This document shows positions 45,754-56,388 of a stretch of 64,000 bases of DNA, in pieces. Origin of the DNA: Longimicrobiales bacterium. Its GTDB lineage: Bacteria > Gemmatimonadota > Gemmatimonadetes > Longimicrobiales > Gaopeijiaceae. How positions within the stretch are numbered: the stretch's first letter is position 1; each line of letters begins with the position of its first letter. A program made the position numbers and the translations under genes. The notes under the pieces are model-generated. The model did not search any database and was not told the DNA's origin. It saw only the letters and a list, made by a program, of their open reading frames with translations. The DNA lies in contig OY730414.1 in NCBI GenBank assembly GCA_963422615.1, forward strand, positions 2,030,302 to 2,094,301, read 5' to 3'.

Positions 45754-46884
45754 TCAGCCTCCCCGGTCCCAAACGATGAGGGTGTCGTCCCCGAATCTTG
45801 CGGGATCGAGGCGAAGCTTCCAACCGCCAAAGGAGCGGGCGGGCGCCTTGACATTCAGGAAATCGGCAACGGGAAATGCCGGAATCCCTTTGCCGCCCAC
45901 GAAGAGGGGCGCGACGAAGATGTAAATTCGGTCCACGAGGCCTCCGGCGAGCAGAGAGACGGCCAACGTCCCGCCCCCCTCGCAGAGGACGCTGGTCAGT
46001 CCGCGCCGCGCCAAGCGCTGGAAGAGCTCCCGGAGATCCAGGCGGGTGCCTGCGACGGGTACAGCCAGGACATCGGCGCGCCCCCCCAGTCGGTCCCGAA
46101 GGCCGGGTGCTTCGCAAGAGGACGTCACCACCAGGGTGGGAGGATCGTCGGCCAATACTTGAGCCGACCCCGGAACTTCTCCTCTCCGATCCAGGATGAT
46201 CCGCACCGGAAGGATCCTGGGAACAACGGATCCCCGAGCCGTCAAACGGGGGTCATCTGCCTTCCAGGTTCTGGTGCCCACGAGAATCCCGTCGAACCCG
46301 GCCCGAAGGCGGTGCACCTCCTCCCGGGCCTCCCTCCCCGTCAGCCACACCCGTTGCCCCCCGGCAGGGGCGATGCGCCCGTCCAGACTCATTGCCAGTT
46401 TGAGGCCAACAAAGGGCCGGATGGCTTTCCGGGTGTGGAAGAATACCGGGTTCTCCGCAGCCCAGTGAGCCCGGTGCCCGAAGGGTCCGTCAACCCGGCA
46501 GCCCCGGTGCCGGAGCCACGCCCCGCCTCCCCCCGACTCCGGCCCGGGATCGGCCGCCCAGTAGACCACTCTCGACACGCCCGCGGAGCGAATGGCCTCC
46601 GTACAAGGCGGTGTCTTCCCCGTGTGGCGGCAAGGCTCCAGACTGGTGTACAGGGTGGCGTCCCGGGCGTCCCCCGAAACAGCCAGGGCCGCGGCCTCCG
46701 CGTGGGGGCCCCCAAACTCCTCATGGCAGGCTTCCGCAAGAACACGTTGGTTCCTCGCGACCACCGCGCCCACCATGGGGTTCGGATGGACCCGCCCCCA
46801 CCCTTTCCGACCCAACGCGACCGCGCGGGCAAGAAGGCGCCGGTCCGGTGGGTCAAGCCGACCCCCTCCGGACAGGGGTATCAA
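45754..46884 (-). CDS. ribD: Riboflavin biosynthesis deaminase/reductase
   Basis: PNPMVGAV, HAE, LEPC.H.GKTPPC, SLDG, EGG. Confidence 0.95.
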   Translation of the reverse strand: MIPLSGGGRLDPPDRRLLARAVALGRKGWGRVHPNPMVGAVVARNQRVLAEACHEEFGGPHAEAAALAVSGDARDATLYTSLEPCRHTGKTPPCTEAIRSAGVSRVVYWAADPGPESGGGGAWLRHRGCRVDGPFGHRAHWAAENPVFFHTRKAIRPFVGLKLAMSLDGRIAPAGGQRVWLTGREAREEVHRLRAGFDGILVGTRTWKADDPRLTARGSVVPRILPVRIILDRRGEVPGSAQVLADDPPTLVVTSSCEAPGLRDRLGGRADVLAVPVAGTRLDLRELFQRLARRGLTSVLCEGGGTLAVSLLAGGLVDRIYIFVAPLFVGGKGIPAFPVADFLNVKAPARSFGGWKLRLDPARFGDDTLIVWDRGG

Positions 46885-47942
46885 AGCGTGATCCGGAATG
46901 CGGAGACGGCAAACCACGTCCGGTCACCCGGAGCAAAGGCGCCCAAGCGGTCGGGGAACGGGTCGTCAACGCCCTCCGCAAGGCCGGCTTCCAGAGACAC
47001 CTGGGCGATCACGAAGTTGAACCACGCAGCGGCAAAAAAGAGCTTCCGCTCCGTACGTATGTGTTGCTTCGCGGACGCAGGGATTCCGGTGACCGCGACG
47101 CGGGCGTTCCCTTCGTATCGGTCCAAGCCGACCCCGCCCATAATCCCCACCACAAACCAGTTTTTCCCGGCCACGGCCCGCAAGGACGAGACCGTGAGGT
47201 CTGTCTCCACTTCCCCGGGATTCCCTTGAGAGATGGAACCCGCACGGATATCTCCGTGCCAGCGACGTACGGCAGAAACGGAAACTCCAGGGAGCATGAA
47301 GGACTCCCGCACGAGACCGATTCGGGTCCCAACGCCGAAGCTGGAGGGCGAACCGCTCAGGGCGACGTTTCCCGGCAGGCGGAGGTAGGCGTAGGAGGCC
47401 ACGACATCGACCGCCAGCACGCCGCCTGCGACAGGCGTCAACCGGAAACCGTCCAGAACCGTGGCAGCGGCGGCGGCCCGCAATCCGAAGATCGAGAACG
47501 CCTCCCGTTCGCCAAGGTCCTTCGCCTGAGAACCCGCGATCCGTGGCATCGACATCTTTGTCCCCAGCGCCGACAGGGAAAGGCCGATCCTGGGGGTCAT
47601 GCCCAGCCGCCGCCCCATGGTGCTGGGAGAGCCGGGAATGTCGCTCCCCAGGGCCGAAGCGAGGCCGAAGCCCTGCTGCATGGCCATGGCTGCGAGGGCG
47701 AGTTCCCGGCAAGGGGGCACCCATCGACCTTCACTCACCGCGCACCGGTCCGCCAAATCCACGACGTCCCGGGTGCCGGCGTCAGGGACGACGGTCTGAG
47801 CCCCGCCCCCCTGAGTCGGCCCAAAGGTGAGGGCGAGAAGGAGGGCCGAGAAGCCGATCCAGGGATGGGCCGCCGCAACGGGCGCCGGGGGCACAGAAGG
47901 GTCCGCCCAACGACGAACGTCCCAACCGTCCCCGGTCAGCAT
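46881..47942 (-). CDS. Hypothetical outer-membrane protein
   Basis: Signal-like segment, amphipathic beta strands, C-terminal 'FRITL'; overlaps both neighbours' ends. Confidence 0.55.
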   Translation of the reverse strand: MLTGDGWDVRRWADPSVPPAPVAAAHPWIGFSALLLALTFGPTQGGGAQTVVPDAGTRDVVDLADRCAVSEGRWVPPCRELALAAMAMQQGFGLASALGSDIPGSPSTMGRRLGMTPRIGLSLSALGTKMSMPRIAGSQAKDLGEREAFSIFGLRAAAAATVLDGFRLTPVAGGVLAVDVVASYAYLRLPGNVALSGSPSSFGVGTRIGLVRESFMLPGVSVSAVRRWHGDIRAGSISQGNPGEVETDLTVSSLRAVAGKNWFVVGIMGGVGLDRYEGNARVAVTGIPASAKQHIRTERKLFFAAAWFNFVIAQVSLEAGLAEGVDDPFPDRLGAFAPGDRTWFAVSAFRITL

Positions 47943-48982
47943 TGCCCGACGAGCTCCACCCGGGTTCCACGGACCACCTCACCCAGCGGCCAGCCTTCGT
48001 CTCCCAGCTCGGCCAACAGGGAAGCCTCTCGGTCGGGGGCGATTACCAGAATCATGCCAATGCCCATATTGAACACGCGGTACATCTCCCGCCGGTCCAC
48101 CCCGCCGGCTTCTTCGAGCACGCGGAACACCGCGGGCACCACCCACGAGGCACAGTCGATGCGGGCCCCGAGCCCGGGGGGCAGAACCCGGGGGAGGTTC
48201 CCCTCAATGCCGCCACCGGTAATGTGAGCCATGGCCTTGACCCCCCCTCCTTCAAGCAAGGGAGCCACCAGCCCAACGTAGGATCGGTGCACCCGGAGGA
48301 GCACCTCGGCCACAGACGCCCCTTCGCCCGGGAAGTCATGGTCGACATTCAACCCCATGCGACCGAATACGATGTTTCTTGCCAAGGTGAATCCGTTGGT
48401 GTGAAGGCCCGAAGATGGAAGGGCGACGAGCCGATCCCCAGGCCGCACGGCGGAGCCGTCAATCAGGCGGGAGCGCTCCACAAGGCCGACCACGAAGCCC
48501 GCCAAGTCGTACTCTCCGTCGTTGTAGAAGTCCGGCATCTGGGCGGTCTCGCCTCCGAGGAGGACGCAGGCGTTCTCCCGGCAGGCGCGGGAAATCCCGC
48601 TCACAACCGCGGGAACCACCCCGTCTTCCAGAGCCCCCACGGCCAAGTAGTCGAGGAAAAAGAGCGGCCGGGCTCCTTGCACCAGAATATCGTTTACGCA
48701 GTGATTGACCAAGTCCTGCCCCACCGTGTCGTGTCGGCCCGCCGCGAAGGCCACCTTGAGCTTGGTCCCCACCCCGTCGGCACTCGACACCAGCACGGGC
48801 TGGTTCAGGGCATCGGGCAGGGCGTAGAGGCCTCCGAACGCCCCGAGTTTCGACAAGGTGTTCTTGTCTCCCGAAGCGGCCAGGAGCGGCCAGAGGGCTC
48901 GTCTGGTCCGCTCTGCCGCATCCAAGTCTACCCCCGCTTCCCGGTAGGTGACAGGACCCTTCGAAGACGGCCGGGGAATCAT
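47936..48982 (-). CDS. purM: AIR synthetase (in frame with the upstream kinase)
   Basis: TYREAGVD, DGVGTK, NDILVQGA.PLFFLDY, GGETA.MP, SSGLHTNG, AHITGGG. Confidence 0.95.
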   Translation of the reverse strand: MIPRPSSKGPVTYREAGVDLDAAERTRRALWPLLAASGDKNTLSKLGAFGGLYALPDALNQPVLVSSADGVGTKLKVAFAAGRHDTVGQDLVNHCVNDILVQGARPLFFLDYLAVGALEDGVVPAVVSGISRACRENACVLLGGETAQMPDFYNDGEYDLAGFVVGLVERSRLIDGSAVRPGDRLVALPSSGLHTNGFTLARNIVFGRMGLNVDHDFPGEGASVAEVLLRVHRSYVGLVAPLLEGGGVKAMAHITGGGIEGNLPRVLPPGLGARIDCASWVVPAVFRVLEEAGGVDRREMYRVFNMGIGMILVIAPDREASLLAELGDEGWPLGEVVRGTRVELVGQC

Positions 48983-49906
48983 GGCCCACCCCCGGGAGGC
49001 CCGGCTCGAGTAGGAAGTCATATCCCGAAGGTCTCGGGCCCTTTCCTCGATGTCCCGGGCGCGGAGCCTGCGGAACCGGTTGACGGAGAACGCCTCGACC
49101 GCGTACGAGCCCATGACGGATCCGTACACCACGGCGCGTTTCAAGTCTTCTCGTTTCCGAGATCCGGCCTTTTCCAGGTAGCCCAGGAATCCTCCGGCAA
49201 AGGCATCGCCCGCTCCCGTCGGATCGATCACTTCTTCCACGAGATACCCGGGGGTTTGGAAGACCCAGCCCGGCGCGAAGAGCGTCGCACCGTGCACCCC
49301 CTTCTTGACCACCACCAAGCCGGGTCCCCGATCCTGAATCCACCGAGCGGCCCGGACCAGGTTCGTCTTCCCGGCAAGCTGCATTGCCTCTTCGTCGTTC
49401 ACGAAGAGTATGTTCACCCGGCCCAGGAGTTCTATCAAATCGTCGCGGGCGCCCTCGATCCAGAAGTTCATGGTGTCGGCCGCAACGAGTCCGGGAGCCC
49501 GCATCTGATTCAGAACCTTGAGCTGGAGGACCGGGTCGATGTTGCCCAGGAAGACCACCTCCGCGTCTCGATACCCAAGGGGGACCTCCGGGTCGAAGGA
49601 CCCGAAGACGCCCAAGCGGGTCTCCTTCGTGTCCCGGGAAACGAAGCCTTCGTGGTACCTCCCGGCCCAAAAAAAACTCTCCCCCGGAACCTGCTCCAGG
49701 CCGGTGAAATCGACGCCTCTTTCTTTCAGGAAACGGAGCTCTTCCAAGGGGTAATCGGAGCCCACGACGGCGACGACCCGGACATCGGTGAAGAACGACG
49801 CGGCGGCACCGAAGAACACCGCCGAGCCGCCGATCACCCCGTCAACCCGGGTAGCGGGCGTCTCCACCGCGTCCAGGGCAACACTGCCGACAACCAGTAC
49901 GGCCAT
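48983..49906 (-). CDS. PfkB family carbohydrate/nucleoside kinase (no stop before purM)
   Basis: VVGSVALD, GGSA, DTMNFWI, DPTGAGDAFAGG. Confidence 0.9.
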
Positions 49907-49916
49907 GACGCTTCTC

Positions 49917-51677
49917 TTATGAACTTGTGGCAGCGCCAGCCACAGGATCTTCGTGGACTTGGCCGGCAATCCCGTCGCCAACGGTGCCGAGCGGACCCTC
50001 GTGACCGGGGGAGGTTCGGTCCATCCGTTCGGGGGCGGAGACGCCCAGCACAAGAAGGCCATTGCGCAGAACGATCCTCGCGGCGTCCGCCAGGGCCAAG
50101 CGCGCCGCCCGCATCCGGTCGTCGTCTACCAGGACCGCCAACTTCGGGTCCCGGGACGGGTTTCCGGCGTGATACCATGAGTTGACCAAGCCGGCGGTCC
50201 TTTCCAGGTAGTCGCATACGATATGGGGTGCCCGGCCACCGGTACTTCGCCGCAACATCCCGGGAAACTCCGCGAGCTGCTTGGCGAGCTCCCGCTCGGC
50301 CGGGTGGACGAGGAGCGACAGATCGGCTTCGCCCGCAACCGCCCGGGTTTTTCCGGCGCGGACGAACACACTGCACAGCCGGGCGTGGGCGTATTGGACC
50401 TTGTAGACGGGGTTCTTGTCCGACCGATCCAGGGCCACGTCCAGGTCAACGGTCAGGTGGGCTTCGGGACGGCGCATGAGGAAGAAGTACCGGGCCACAT
50501 CTCTCCCGACCTCCCCGACCAAGTCCGCCAACGTGGTGTAGGAGCCGGCCCTCTTCGAGAATCGGACTTCCGCGCCGTCCCGCTCCACGGTCACCATCTG
50601 ATGCAGGACGTATTCGGGATATCCGGATGGCCTTCCAAGCGCGCGGAGTCCCGCCCTGACCCGGTCCACGGTGCTGTGGTGGTCCGCACCCTGGACGTTG
50701 ATCACATGTCGGAAGCCCCTCTCCCATTTGGACATATGGTACGCCACGTCGGGAAGGAAATAGGTAGGCGACCCATTGCGCTTGACCATGACCCGGTCCT
50801 TTTGATCCCCGAACGCCGATGTCCTGAGCCAGATCGCATCGTCCTTTTCATAGGTGAGTCCCGTTTGGTCCAGAGCTCGGATCGTCGCCTGGATCCGGCC
50901 ATCGGCGTACAGACGGGTCTCCGGGTAGAACTCGTCGAAGTAAACGCCGAACTGCTCGAGATCCTCCCTCTGTTCCCTGCGCAAGACGTCGATGGCGAAG
51001 CGACGTACCGCTTCGGGGGGGTCGTCGTTCCGGTCGTCTTCGAACTCCCCCTCCCAGCGGCCCAAAAGGGCCCGGGCAATCTCGGTGATGTATTCCCCCG
51101 CGTAGCCACCGGGAGGAAGCACCCAGTCCCGGCCCCGCAGCTGGCGGCAGCGGGCGTGCACGCTTGCGGTCAGCCGGTCCACTTGGCCGCCGGCGTCGTT
51201 GAAGTAGAACTCCCGGTGGACATCCCACCCCGACCAATCCAGGAGGTTGGAGATCGCGTCTCCCAGGGCCGCCTGGCGGCCGTGTCCCAGGTGCAGGGGA
51301 CCCGTCGGGTTGGCGGAGACGAACTCCACCATGATGGGCCGTCCCTTGCCCTCGTCGCTGCGACCATACCGGTCGTCCTGTATGAGGATCCGGTCGAGGC
51401 CGGCGCCCAGGGCCGCCGCGCCCAGATGGAAGTTAAGAAAGCCGGGTCCGGCAACCTCGACGCGGTCCACCCCCTCGATGGATCCCAGCCGATCCGCCAG
51501 CTCTCGGGCAACTTCCCGGGGGGAGCGCCGGAGCCGGGAGGCAAGGGCCAGGGCAACATTCGACGCAAGGTCACCGTGGCTGGGGTCCCTGGGCCGACCC
51601 AGACGAACCTGGACGTTGCCGGCACCCAGATCCAGGGCGGCCCCTCGCAGGGCGTTCGCGATCCGTTCCGCGGACAT
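49917..51677 (-). CDS. argS: Arginine--tRNA ligase
   Basis: VEFVSANPTGPLHLGHGR, GADH, FSKRAG, NPVYKVQYAHAR. Confidence 0.97.
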   Translation of the reverse strand: MSAERIANALRGAALDLGAGNVQVRLGRPRDPSHGDLASNVALALASRLRRSPREVARELADRLGSIEGVDRVEVAGPGFLNFHLGAAALGAGLDRILIQDDRYGRSDEGKGRPIMVEFVSANPTGPLHLGHGRQAALGDAISNLLDWSGWDVHREFYFNDAGGQVDRLTASVHARCRQLRGRDWVLPPGGYAGEYITEIARALLGRWEGEFEDDRNDDPPEAVRRFAIDVLRREQREDLEQFGVYFDEFYPETRLYADGRIQATIRALDQTGLTYEKDDAIWLRTSAFGDQKDRVMVKRNGSPTYFLPDVAYHMSKWERGFRHVINVQGADHHSTVDRVRAGLRALGRPSGYPEYVLHQMVTVERDGAEVRFSKRAGSYTTLADLVGEVGRDVARYFFLMRRPEAHLTVDLDVALDRSDKNPVYKVQYAHARLCSVFVRAGKTRAVAGEADLSLLVHPAERELAKQLAEFPGMLRRSTGGRAPHIVCDYLERTAGLVNSWYHAGNPSRDPKLAVLVDDDRMRAARLALADAARIVLRNGLLVLGVSAPERMDRTSPGHEGPLGTVGDGIAGQVHEDPVAGAATSS

Positions 51678-51683
51678 GGCCCC

Positions 51684-52061
51684 TCAGCCGTCCCGGGAGC
51701 CGCCGGCTTTCGATTCCGAAGCCCGGGTCGACGCATCGCCCTTCTCGGTCGCCGCGCCCTTGCCCGCCGGGGAGGCCTTTTCCGTGGACCCCGTGGCCTT
51801 TGCCGATGCCGACTTCTCGGATCCCTTCTCGGCTCCCGCCGCTTTGGGCGCGTCCTGCTCGGCTCTTTTCCTATACGCTTCGGAGCGGTAGTCGGTGATG
51901 TAGAACCCTTCACCCTTGAATAGCAGGCCGCCCCCTCCGGAGATCAGTCGGCGGGCATCTTGGCCGCATGCAGGACAGGGAGCGCCCGGCGTATCGCTCA
52001 TCTTCTGGAAGACTTCGAACTCGCAACCGCATTCGTCGCATCGGTATTCGTAGGTGGGCAT
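51684..52061 (-). CDS. FmdB-family zinc-ribbon protein
   Basis: MPTYEYRC..CG, CPACG, FKGEGFYITDY, low-complexity tail. Confidence 0.9.
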   Translation of the reverse strand: MPTYEYRCDECGCEFEVFQKMSDTPGAPCPACGQDARRLISGGGGLLFKGEGFYITDYRSEAYRKRAEQDAPKAAGAEKGSEKSASAKATGSTEKASPAGKGAATEKGDASTRASESKAGGSRDG

Positions 52062-52620
52062 TGGCGTCAAGCGGTAGTTCGTTTGCTGGGACAAGGCACT
52101 TTCCGGCAGGATCCGGCCGGGTACGCCCATCCGCTCAATTGCGTCCCAGCTCGGGAGACTTCGGGCCGAAGCCGGCATGTACCCCTGAATCTAAGCGAAC
52201 CGCTCGCCAGTGGATGCCGGTTGACGGGCAGTGTCGGCTGCGCGGCAACTTGATCTCGTCCGGCTGGCCCGGCCAGACCCCCGCCCGATGGCCTCCCGCA
52301 GGGGACGAACCGTTCCTGAAAATCCTGGAAGCAGACGCTCGATTTGGCTATGTTGCGACCTGCGTCGGTTGACGCCCGCTCGGGGACGAAGGCCGGCAGA
52401 TGGTTTCGGCGATTTGTGGCGTATTGCGGCCTGGAAACAGCTAAAAAGCCACCCGGGTGACGGATCTTCCTGCGCGAATCTTGCGGTCGCAAGGTTCGCC
52501 CCCCGACCCGGGGCCTGCTGTTCTCGGATCTTTCCGCACCGCCTGACCTCGCCTGATCGGAACATTCGGGAGGAGCCTTGGGGAGGCCCTAGGTCGCTTC
52601 CCGGGGAAGCAGGTGCGAAT

Positions 52621-55600
52621 ATGTGGGGAAAGACCAGCAGATGCACCCTGGAGAGGATTCTCGAAGAGCGGATCCTTGTCCTGGACGGCGCGATGGGCAC
52701 GATGATCCAGGGGTATGGTCTGTCGGAAGCGGACTTCCGGGGGAATTGCTTCCCATCCCCCCCCACCCCCCTTCTCGGCAACCCCGATGTGCTCAGCCTG
52801 ACCCGTCCCGACGTAATCGGCGAAATTCACAGGGCCTACCTGGAGGCGGGGGCCGACATCGTCGAGACCAACACCTTCAGCGCCACCCGTTTGCCTATGT
52901 CCGACTACGGGGTCCAGGACGCCGTGCCGGAGATGAACTTGGCCGCCGCCCACATCGCGCGCCGGGCCGCCGACGACTTCACCACCCGGACCCCCGAGAA
53001 GCCCCGTTTCGTGGCCGGCGTTCTGGGACCGACGAACCGGACGGCATCAATCTCCCCGGACGTGGACGACCCGAGCGCCCGAAACGTCACCTTCGATGAA
53101 CTCCGCTTCGCCTACGGGGAGCAGGCTCGCGCCCTGATCCAAGGGGGAGTGGACCTCCTCATGGTGGAAACCGTCTTCGACACGCTCAACGCCAAGGCGG
53201 CCCTCTTTGCCATCCACCGGGAGATGGAGCGGGCGGGGGTTCGCCTCCCCGTCATGGTTTCGGGGACGATCACGGACCAGAGCGGGCGCACGCTCACCGG
53301 TCAGACGCCGGAAGCGTTCTACAACTCGGTGCGCCACGGAGCCTCGTTGTCGGTCGGACTCAACTGCGCTTTGGGTCCCCACGCCCTGCGCCCCTACCTC
53401 CAAACCCTGGGGAGGGTGTGCGAAGGCTGGGTGAGCTGCCATCCCAACGCGGGACTTCCCAATGCCTTCGGTGACTACGACCTCTCTCCCCCGGCAATGG
53501 CGGGTACGCTGGGGGACTTCGCCCGGGCCGGGCTGCTCAACATTGTCGGCGGCTGTTGCGGCACCACCCCGGAACACATCGCCGCCGTGGCAGCCGCGGT
53601 AGACGGCGTCCCTCCCCGGGAGCGCCCGAAGCCCCCCCCTCACACGCGCTTGGCAGGCCTGGAACCCCTGAACATCGGCCCCGGCTCCCTGTTCGTGAAC
53701 GTCGGGGAGCGCACGAACGTGACCGGCTCCCGGCGCTTCGCCCGCTTGATCCGGAACCGCGACTACGAAGCGGCCCTCGATGTGGCCCGGGAACAGGTGC
53801 GCAACGGCGCCCAGATCCTCGACGTGAACATGGACGAGGGCCTGCTGGACTCCGAAGCCGCCATGGTTCGCTTCCTGAACTTGGTGGCCTCGGAGCCCGA
53901 GATCTCCCGGGTGCCCGTCATGATCGACTCCTCCCGGTGGGAGGTGGTCGAAAAGGGGCTCCAGTGCGTCCAGGGAAAGGGCGTGGTCAACTCCATCAGC
54001 CTGAAGGACGGCGAAGCGGCGTTCCGGAAGAAAGCCCGCCTCGTCCGCCGCTACGGGGCCGCGGTGGTCGTCATGGCCTTCGATGAAGGGGGCCAAGCGA
54101 CGACGGCAGCCCGCAAAGTGGAGATCTGTACCCGTTCCTACGAAATCCTGACCCGGGAGGTGGGCGTCCCTCCGGAAGACATCATCTTCGATCCCAATAT
54201 CTTCGCTGTCGCGACCGGGATCCCCGAGCACGACGAATACGCGGTGGCGTTCTTTGAGGCCGTGCGCCGAATCAAGGCATCCCTCCCCCGGGCCCTGGTG
54301 AGCGGAGGCGTGAGCAATGTCTCCTTCTCCTACCGGGGCAGTCCCGGGGTCCGGGAAGCCATGCACTCGGCCTTCCTCTACCACGGGATCCGGGCCGGCC
54401 TGGACATGGGAATCGTGAATGCCGGCGCCATTGCCGTCTATGACGACATCCCCGCGGAGCTCCTCCGGGCTGTGGAGGACGTGCTGCTCAACCGGGGCCG
54501 AGGGGCTACCGAACGGCTGACGGCGCTGGCGAAACGGTATCGGGGAGGCGCGGGCGACGACTCGGAGGATCCGGCCTGGAGGGCCGAGCCGGTGGCGTAC
54601 CGGTTGCGGCACGCCCTGGTCCACGGGATCACGGACCACATCGAAGAGGATACGGAAGAGGCCCGTCTTTCGGCGGACCGGGCGCTTCACGTCATCGAGG
54701 GACCCCTGATGGCCGGAATGAACGCCGTCGGCGACCTCTTCGGATCCGGGAAGATGTTCCTACCGCAGGTGGTGAAGAGCGCCCGGGTCATGAAGCGGGC
54801 GGTGGCCCACCTCGTGCCCCACCTTGAACGAGAGAAGCCCGCAGAAGCCAGTCCCTCCGCCGGGCGCATCGTCTTGGCAACGGTGAAAGGAGACGTTCAC
54901 GACATCGGCAAGAAGATCGTCGGCGTCGTCCTGCGGTGCAACAACTACGAGGTATTCGACCTGGGCGTCATGGTGCCGGCGGAAACGATCCTGGAACACG
55001 TCCGCAAGGTAGACGCCCACATTGTCGGTCTGTCGGGTCTGATCACCCCGAGCCTGGACGAGATGGTCCATGTGGCGTCAGAAATGGACCGGACCGGGAT
55101 GAACGTGCCTCTTCTCATCGGCGGGGCGGCCACCTCCCGGGTTCACACGGCCGTCAAGATCGAAGCCCGGTATTCGGGCGCCACCGTCCACGTCACGGAC
55201 GCGTCTCGATGCGCCGGGATCGCGGGGAAGCTCCTGGACGCGGGCAGCCGCAGGGCGTACACGGCCAGCATTCGCGAAGCATACGAAGGGATTCGTCGGG
55301 AACGGGGCTCAACTCGAAAGCGGGCCCCTCTCCTCCCGTTGGGAGCGGCGCGGGCGAACCGACTCGGGCTGGACTGGAATCGGTACTCTCCGGTGCGGCC
55401 CATCTTTACCGGTCACCGGATGTTCCCCGCGGCCGGAACGGAGGCCGTGGCGGGAGGTCACGGGCCTTCGGCGGCACCCAGGGCGCCCGCCTCCGAATCG
55501 TACGACCTGAGTGAACTGAGCGACCGAATCGACTGGACACCCTTCTTCCGGGTCTGGGAGCTGAAGGGGGCCTTCCCGGAGATCCTGGACGATCCCGAAA

Positions 55601-56388
55601 AAGGAAGCCAAGCCCGGAGTCTTTACGCCGATGCTCTGACCCTCCTGCAACGCTTCCGCCACGAAGGACTGCTGGCGGCCCGGGCCGTTGTCGGTCTCTA
55701 TCCGGCCAACACCGACGGGGACAACATCTGCGTCTATGGCGACGAGTCCCGCCGGGAGCCCCTGGCCGTCTTTCCCTGCCTTCGCCAGCAGTTCGAAAAG
55801 GGGAAAGGGCGACCCAACCTGTCCCTGGCCGACTTCGTTGCGCCGGCGGAACGGGGCATCCGGGACTACGTGGGTGCCTTTGTGGTAACCGCCGGGAAGG
55901 GTGTTGCGGCCCTCTGCGACCGGTTCGAGGCCGCGGGCGACGACTATCAGAGCATTCTGACCCAAGCCCTTGCGGACCGCCTTGTGGAGGCATTCGCCGA
56001 ACGGATGCACGAACGGGTGCGAAGGGAGTTCTGGGGGTATGCGTCCGGGGAAGCGCTGACCAACCGCCAGCTCATTGCCGAAGAATACGGGGGCATTCGA
56101 CCCGCTCCCGGATACCCGGCGTGCCCGGACCACTCGGAGAAGAGAAAGATCTTCGACCTCCTGGGCGCCGATGCCATCGGGGTTTCCCTGACCGAAAACT
56201 GCGCCATGTACCCCGCCGCGACCGTCTCCGGACTCTACATCGGACACCCGCACAGCTTCTACTTCGGGGTCGGTCGCATTGGCGCCGATCAGCTGGAGGA
56301 CTATGCGGCTCGGAAGGGGATGGCCGTGGACGAAGCGGCCCGCTGGCTCCGCCCCCACTTGGTGGAAAGACCCGACTCCATTGGCTGA
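52621..56388 (+). CDS. metH: Cobalamin-dependent methionine synthase
   Basis: [49 protein letters not shown]. Confidence 0.97.
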   Translation: MWGKTSRCTLERILEERILVLDGAMGTMIQGYGLSEADFRGNCFPSPPTPLLGNPDVLSLTRPDVIGEIHRAYLEAGADIVETNTFSATRLPMSDYGVQDAVPEMNLAAAHIARRAADDFTTRTPEKPRFVAGVLGPTNRTASISPDVDDPSARNVTFDELRFAYGEQARALIQGGVDLLMVETVFDTLNAKAALFAIHREMERAGVRLPVMVSGTITDQSGRTLTGQTPEAFYNSVRHGASLSVGLNCALGPHALRPYLQTLGRVCEGWVSCHPNAGLPNAFGDYDLSPPAMAGTLGDFARAGLLNIVGGCCGTTPEHIAAVAAAVDGVPPRERPKPPPHTRLAGLEPLNIGPGSLFVNVGERTNVTGSRRFARLIRNRDYEAALDVAREQVRNGAQILDVNMDEGLLDSEAAMVRFLNLVASEPEISRVPVMIDSSRWEVVEKGLQCVQGKGVVNSISLKDGEAAFRKKARLVRRYGAAVVVMAFDEGGQATTAARKVEICTRSYEILTREVGVPPEDIIFDPNIFAVATGIPEHDEYAVAFFEAVRRIKASLPRALVSGGVSNVSFSYRGSPGVREAMHSAFLYHGIRAGLDMGIVNAGAIAVYDDIPAELLRAVEDVLLNRGRGATERLTALAKRYRGGAGDDSEDPAWRAEPVAYRLRHALVHGITDHIEEDTEEARLSADRALHVIEGPLMAGMNAVGDLFGSGKMFLPQVVKSARVMKRAVAHLVPHLEREKPAEASPSAGRIVLATVKGDVHDIGKKIVGVVLRCNNYEVFDLGVMVPAETILEHVRKVDAHIVGLSGLITPSLDEMVHVASEMDRTGMNVPLLIGGAATSRVHTAVKIEARYSGATVHVTDASRCAGIAGKLLDAGSRRAYTASIREAYEGIRRERGSTRKRAPLLPLGAARANRLGLDWNRYSPVRPIFTGHRMFPAAGTEAVAGGHGPSAAPRAPASESYDLSELSDRIDWTPFFRVWELKGAFPEILDDPEKGSQARSLYADALTLLQRFRHEGLLAARAVVGLYPANTDGDNICVYGDESRREPLAVFPCLRQQFEKGKGRPNLSLADFVAPAERGIRDYVGAFVVTAGKGVAALCDRFEAAGDDYQSILTQALADRLVEAFAERMHERVRREFWGYASGEALTNRQLIAEEYGGIRPAPGYPACPDHSEKRKIFDLLGADAIGVSLTENCAMYPAATVSGLYIGHPHSFYFGVGRIGADQLEDYAARKGMAVDEAARWLRPHLVERPDSIG

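Noticed and set aside
47942..50185. 747-aa + strand ORF (similar cases at 7582-9453, 50223-51923 and 53047-54690)
   Set aside because: Antisense shadows of well-supported genes
52231..52620. 130-aa N-terminal extension of MetH in the ORF track
   Set aside because: Not protein-like; homology begins after ATG 52621
54880..54930. MetH B12 motif reads DIGKKIV instead of the usual DIGKNIV
   Set aside because: The DxHxxG core and His ligand are intact; a single substitution is insufficient to infer altered function
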